Below are positions 16,504-19,903 of a stretch of DNA of 19,903 bases, piece by piece. Position 1 is the stretch's first letter; each line of letters opens with the position of its first letter. Source of the DNA: Simkaniaceae bacterium (GTDB taxonomy: Bacteria > Chlamydiota > Chlamydiia > Chlamydiales > Simkaniaceae); the NCBI GenBank assembly GCA_050248615.1, contig JBFWSA010000037.1, positions 1 through 19,903 of the forward strand, read 5' to 3'. The position numbers and the translations under genes were made by a program. The notes under the pieces were generated by a model that did not search any database, had not been told where the DNA came from, and saw nothing but the letters and a program-made list of their open reading frames with translations.

Positions 16504-17355
16504 ATGAAAAAGCGTCTTGCTCTTTTCTTTTTCTTGGGACTCTATTTCTTCAACATCTCTCATGGAGAAGAAACCAGTCATGATTCTACCTGCAAATTAA
16601 GTATTCATCCCCTCCGTTTAGGTATCCGCCATATTGAAGGAGGAGGAGTTGGCTACGATAAAGGGTATTCGAGTATTGACCTTTTTTGGACCCCCTACTC
16701 ACTGCAAGATGCCCTTCTTTTCTTAGATGTGCGGGGACACCGCTTTACCAATGGAAGGTCTCCCGCTAACATGGGCATGGGGTTTCGTTATCCCCATTTG
16801 GCTTCGAGCTTTGCTTTCGGCGCAAATTTTTTTTATGACTACCGACGCAACAATACGCATCATTTTAATCAATTGGGGATAGGCTGTGAAGCTCTAGGAC
16901 GCCTGTGGAACTTTCGCGTGAATGGGTATCTTCCTATTGGATCCAAAGATTGCCATTCGCACATCAAAGAAAAATCTAAGCGGAGTTTGTGGGGGATGGA
17001 TGCAGAAGCTGAGGCCCGCTTATATTCTCATGATTTTGTGAAGCTCTTCTTAGCAGCTGGCCCTTATTATTATAAGGGAAAGCACAGCCGCAACGCGTTT
17101 GGAGGTAAAGTGCGTTTAAGTGGACGATTTCTCGGTTTAGGTTATCTGGCTGGAATAGCATCCTACGATACCCTTTTTAGATTTAATTTTCAGGGGGAAA
17201 TAGGGCTTACATTTGCTTTAGAAAGCAAACGCCAAATTCTTAAAGATAATTCTCTAAAAAGAGGAACCCAAGATTGTCGCCTCGCTGAAGAAATGATCAA
17301 CCCCTTGAGCCACCCTGTTGAAAGAAATGAAATCATTGTCATTAACAATCATTAA
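16504..17355 (+). CDS. Inverse autotransporter beta-domain (IAT_beta/DUF3442-like) outer-membrane protein
   Basis: Signal-like MKKRLALFFFLGLYFFNISHG, with an alternative ATG at 16480. The motifs ANMGMGFRY, FGANFFYDY, FNQLGIGCE and FRVNGYLPIG are typical of intimin/invasin-type beta-barrels. Confidence 0.8.
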   Translation: MKKRLALFFFLGLYFFNISHGEETSHDSTCKLSIHPLRLGIRHIEGGGVGYDKGYSSIDLFWTPYSLQDALLFLDVRGHRFTNGRSPANMGMGFRYPHLASSFAFGANFFYDYRRNNTHHFNQLGIGCEALGRLWNFRVNGYLPIGSKDCHSHIKEKSKRSLWGMDAEAEARLYSHDFVKLFLAAGPYYYKGKHSRNAFGGKVRLSGRFLGLGYLAGIASYDTLFRFNFQGEIGLTFALESKRQILKDNSLKRGTQDCRLAEEMINPLSHPVERNEIIVINNH

Positions 17356-17418
17356 TAATTTGGTTCCCTAAAGATCCTACAATCGGTATAATCGAAAATA
17401 GATAGGAGACCTCTGTTT

Positions 17419-18735
17419 ATGCACCATGGCCCCGATTTTAATAAGCTCATTGGACATTTGGAAGATATCGAACTGACGACGGTGCATGGACGAATCACCC
17501 AAATTGTGGGAATGCTTATTCGGGCGGTTATCCCCAATGTTAAAATGGGGGAAGTGTGCCTTATCAAACGAGAAGGGGAGCCCCTCATTGCCGAAGTTGT
17601 CGGATTTACTAAAGAAGAGGTCTTTCTCTCTCCCCTCGGTGAAATGTATGGAGTCGGTCCTTCTTCAGAAGTGATCCCTACCCGTTTACCCCTTCATATC
17701 AAAGTAGGACCCAAGCTTTTAGGACGTGTCCTTAACGGCCTCGGTCAACCCCTAGATGTCGATACAAAGGGGGAACTCGAAGTTGAAGAGACCTATTCCG
17801 TCATCAACCCTCCCCCCGATCCCCTCCATCGTGAAATGATTAAAGAGCCCATCTCTGTGGGGGTGCGCGCAATCGACGGGATCTTAACAGCAGGGCGAGG
17901 ACAACGGATTGGAATTTTTGCGGCAGCGGGAGGAGGTAAATCCACCACCTTAGGGATGATCGCTCGCTACGCTGTTGCCGATGTCAATGTGATCTCACTC
18001 ATTGGAGAGAGGGGGCGGGAAGTCCGCGAGTTTATCGAGCATGACTTAGGAGAAGAAGGGCTCGCACGCTCTGTCATCATCGTCTCGACTTCCGATCAGG
18101 CTGCGCAACTCCGTCTGAATGCGGCTTATGTCGGAACAGCAATTGCCGAATACTTTAGAGATCAAGGTAAAACGGTCATCTTAATGATGGACTCTGTCAC
18201 CCGTTTTGCCCGAGCACTCAGGGAAGTGGGTCTCGCAGCTGGAGAGCCTCCCGCACGGGCAGGCTACACCCCATCTGTTTTTGCAACGCTCCCGCGCCTA
18301 CTCGAGCGTTCCGGTAACTCAGACAAAGGATCGATCACAGCTTTTTATACCATCCTTGTTGCGGGAGATGATATGAACGAACCCGTCTCGGATGAAGTAC
18401 GCTCTATTTTGGATGGTCATATCATTTTGTCGAGTGAACTGGCTAGACAATACCACTACCCAGCCATCGATATCTTAGCTTCTGTCAGCCGTATTCTTCC
18501 CAATGTGACCAGTGAAGAGCATCGTAAACTGATCGGGCAAGTACGGGAAGTCCTAGCCAACTATAAGAAAAACGAACTCCTGATTCGCATTGGTGAATAT
18601 AAACCCGGTTCTGACAAAGCTGCAGACTTTGCCATCAAATATGTTGATAAGGTGAACCGCTTCCTCAAACAAAAAGTCAATGAGAAGTGCACGTTTCAAG
18701 AAACGCTAGAACAGCTCCAAGCCCTTTTTAGATGA
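17419..18735 (+). CDS. cdsN: T3SS ATPase CdsN (SctN, FliI/YscN family)
   Basis: Walker A motif AAAGGGKST, plus LIGERGREVREF, MDSVTRFARA, GEPPARAGY and LDGHIIL. Confidence 0.97.
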   Translation: MHHGPDFNKLIGHLEDIELTTVHGRITQIVGMLIRAVIPNVKMGEVCLIKREGEPLIAEVVGFTKEEVFLSPLGEMYGVGPSSEVIPTRLPLHIKVGPKLLGRVLNGLGQPLDVDTKGELEVEETYSVINPPPDPLHREMIKEPISVGVRAIDGILTAGRGQRIGIFAAAGGGKSTTLGMIARYAVADVNVISLIGERGREVREFIEHDLGEEGLARSVIIVSTSDQAAQLRLNAAYVGTAIAEYFRDQGKTVILMMDSVTRFARALREVGLAAGEPPARAGYTPSVFATLPRLLERSGNSDKGSITAFYTILVAGDDMNEPVSDEVRSILDGHIILSSELARQYHYPAIDILASVSRILPNVTSEEHRKLIGQVREVLANYKKNELLIRIGEYKPGSDKAADFAIKYVDKVNRFLKQKVNEKCTFQETLEQLQALFR

Positions 18736-19223
18736 AAACCAAATACCCCTTAGAACAATTAGTCCGCATTAAACAACGTAGGCTGGATGAAGCTGAACGT
18801 GTTTTGAAAGAGAAAAAAGCAGAACTGGATAAAGAGAAAGAAAAGCAAACGAAACTCGAAGGAGAAAGAGATAAGACTTACAATCATCGGGCAGATAAGA
18901 TGAAACAGTTTCGCGATGAACTCGACAAGGGAACGACAACCGACAAAATCAAGATCATGCGCGACTACATCAAAGTGGTTGAAGACGAGCTCAAACAAAA
19001 AGAAAAAAAAGTTCAAGACCAAGTGAAAGAAGTCCAAAAAGCTGCAGAAAGAGTTGAAGAAGCACGCAAAGACATGGTAAAAAAACAACATGACGTGGAA
19101 AAACTTAAAACCCACCGCAAAGAATGGGAAAAAGAGATGAAAGCGTTGATGGAATATGAAGAGAGCATTGAATCGGACGAAATCGGTACCGTCATGCATA
19201 CTTCCAAAAAACACAAAAGATAA
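18732..19223 (+). CDS. cdsO: T3SS stalk protein CdsO (SctO, CT670 homolog)
   Basis: 163-aa K/E-rich coiled coil starting YPLEQLVRIK and ending EESIESDEIG. It overlaps cdsN by ATGA. Confidence 0.9.
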   Translation: MKTKYPLEQLVRIKQRRLDEAERVLKEKKAELDKEKEKQTKLEGERDKTYNHRADKMKQFRDELDKGTTTDKIKIMRDYIKVVEDELKQKEKKVQDQVKEVQKAAERVEEARKDMVKKQHDVEKLKTHRKEWEKEMKALMEYEESIESDEIGTVMHTSKKHKR

Positions 19224-19232
19224 GAGAACCTT

Positions 19233-19903
19233 ATGAGCTCAAAACGCATACAAGGGGAAAATATTCAACCTGTTCCTCAAGAGCCTGAGATGGAAGACCA
19301 AAAAGTCGATCCTGAAAAGTTCAAAAAGGTGATGAAGGTTGACGAATCGGATGAAGCTCAAAAACGTCATAAACGTAACCTTAAGAGAGAAGAAGAAGAA
19401 GGAGAAGATGAAGACGTACAAGAAAAAGCTCCCCCTCCCCCTTCTTCCTCCTTTTCTGAATTCATGAGTGATAAAGAAACACTCGATAATGTTTTTGATA
19501 CAGAATCGGGAGGCATTCGGCGCCAAGCTGCCCCCCAATCAAGATCGGCTTTTACCGCTCCCCCACCTGGATCAATTTCAACAGAAGGGGTAGAAGTCGA
19601 AGAACCCTCTCCCACCCCCTCAGCGAGTCCCCCAGAAGTCTCTCCCCCACCGCAAGGAGGGCAAGGGCAACAACAGCAACAAAATCCTGCATCGCCTGTG
19701 CCCCCACCCCAACAAAGGCAAGCCCCTTCTGGACAACCCCCACCTACGGGCGCCCCCTTTTATGAAGGGTTAGCAGCGGAACATCCCGAAAAACAACCCA
19801 CTCCCCCGTCCGAGCAGCAAGATTACACAACAACAGAAAGTCAACCCACGCAACAAGTAGAGACCTGCCCCGAATGTCACCAAGGAGACGTGCTGCCTCC
19901 TTC
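19233..19903 (+). CDS. cdsP: Probable needle-length ruler CdsP (SctP, CT671 position), truncated by the window edge
   Basis: ATG 19233 (MSSKRIQGENIQPVPQEPE...) opens a frame that runs to the window end. The product is low-complexity P/Q/E/S-rich and follows cdsO directly. It is absent from the ORF track because no stop falls in the window. Confidence 0.7.
   Translation, partial: MSSKRIQGENIQPVPQEPEMEDQKVDPEKFKKVMKVDESDEAQKRHKRNLKREEEEGEDEDVQEKAPPPPSSSFSEFMSDKETLDNVFDTESGGIRRQAAPQSRSAFTAPPPGSISTEGVEVEEPSPTPSASPPEVSPPPQGGQGQQQQQNPASPVPPPQQRQAPSGQPPPTGAPFYEGLAAEHPEKQPTPPSEQQDYTTTESQPTQQVETCPECHQGDVLPP

Noticed and set aside
18759..19743. Minus-strand ORFs (151, 78, 99, 82 and 63 aa) opposite cdsO and cdsP
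   Set aside because: Antisense shadows of K/E-rich and Pro-rich coding sequence. The Phe-rich translation is an artefact of that composition.

Overview
This window looks like chromosome from an environmental Chlamydiota lineage, inferred from gene content. The right half holds the conserved chlamydial type III secretion (T3SS) cluster on the + strand: scc4, cdsD, cdsE, cdsF, cdsG, a CT668-like gene, cdsN, cdsO and a truncated cdsP. Two accessory inserts interrupt it. One is an inverted ~5.9 kb cassette between scc4 and cdsD, encoding a signal-peptide RHS/YD protein with an alpha/beta-hydrolase-like C-terminus and a probable lipoprotein immunity protein. The other is an inverse-autotransporter beta-domain gene just before cdsN. 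The left half holds a tightly spaced four-gene minus-strand operon that reads as a non-canonical translocon cassette: an EspA/SseB-like tip or filament candidate, a small helical protein, an SctE/CopB-like gene and an SctB/CopD-like gene, with no LcrH-type chaperone in the window. Upstream lies a frameshifted paralog of the CopD-like gene. The pattern 'CopD-like gene, terminator, promoter, long leader, next gene' occurs twice, suggesting a tandem array of translocon cassettes. A CT635-like gene and a 156-bp palindromic MITE-like element, plus a 22-nt remnant of it, sit between the two halves. All family assignments come from motif reading and recall, not from searches.
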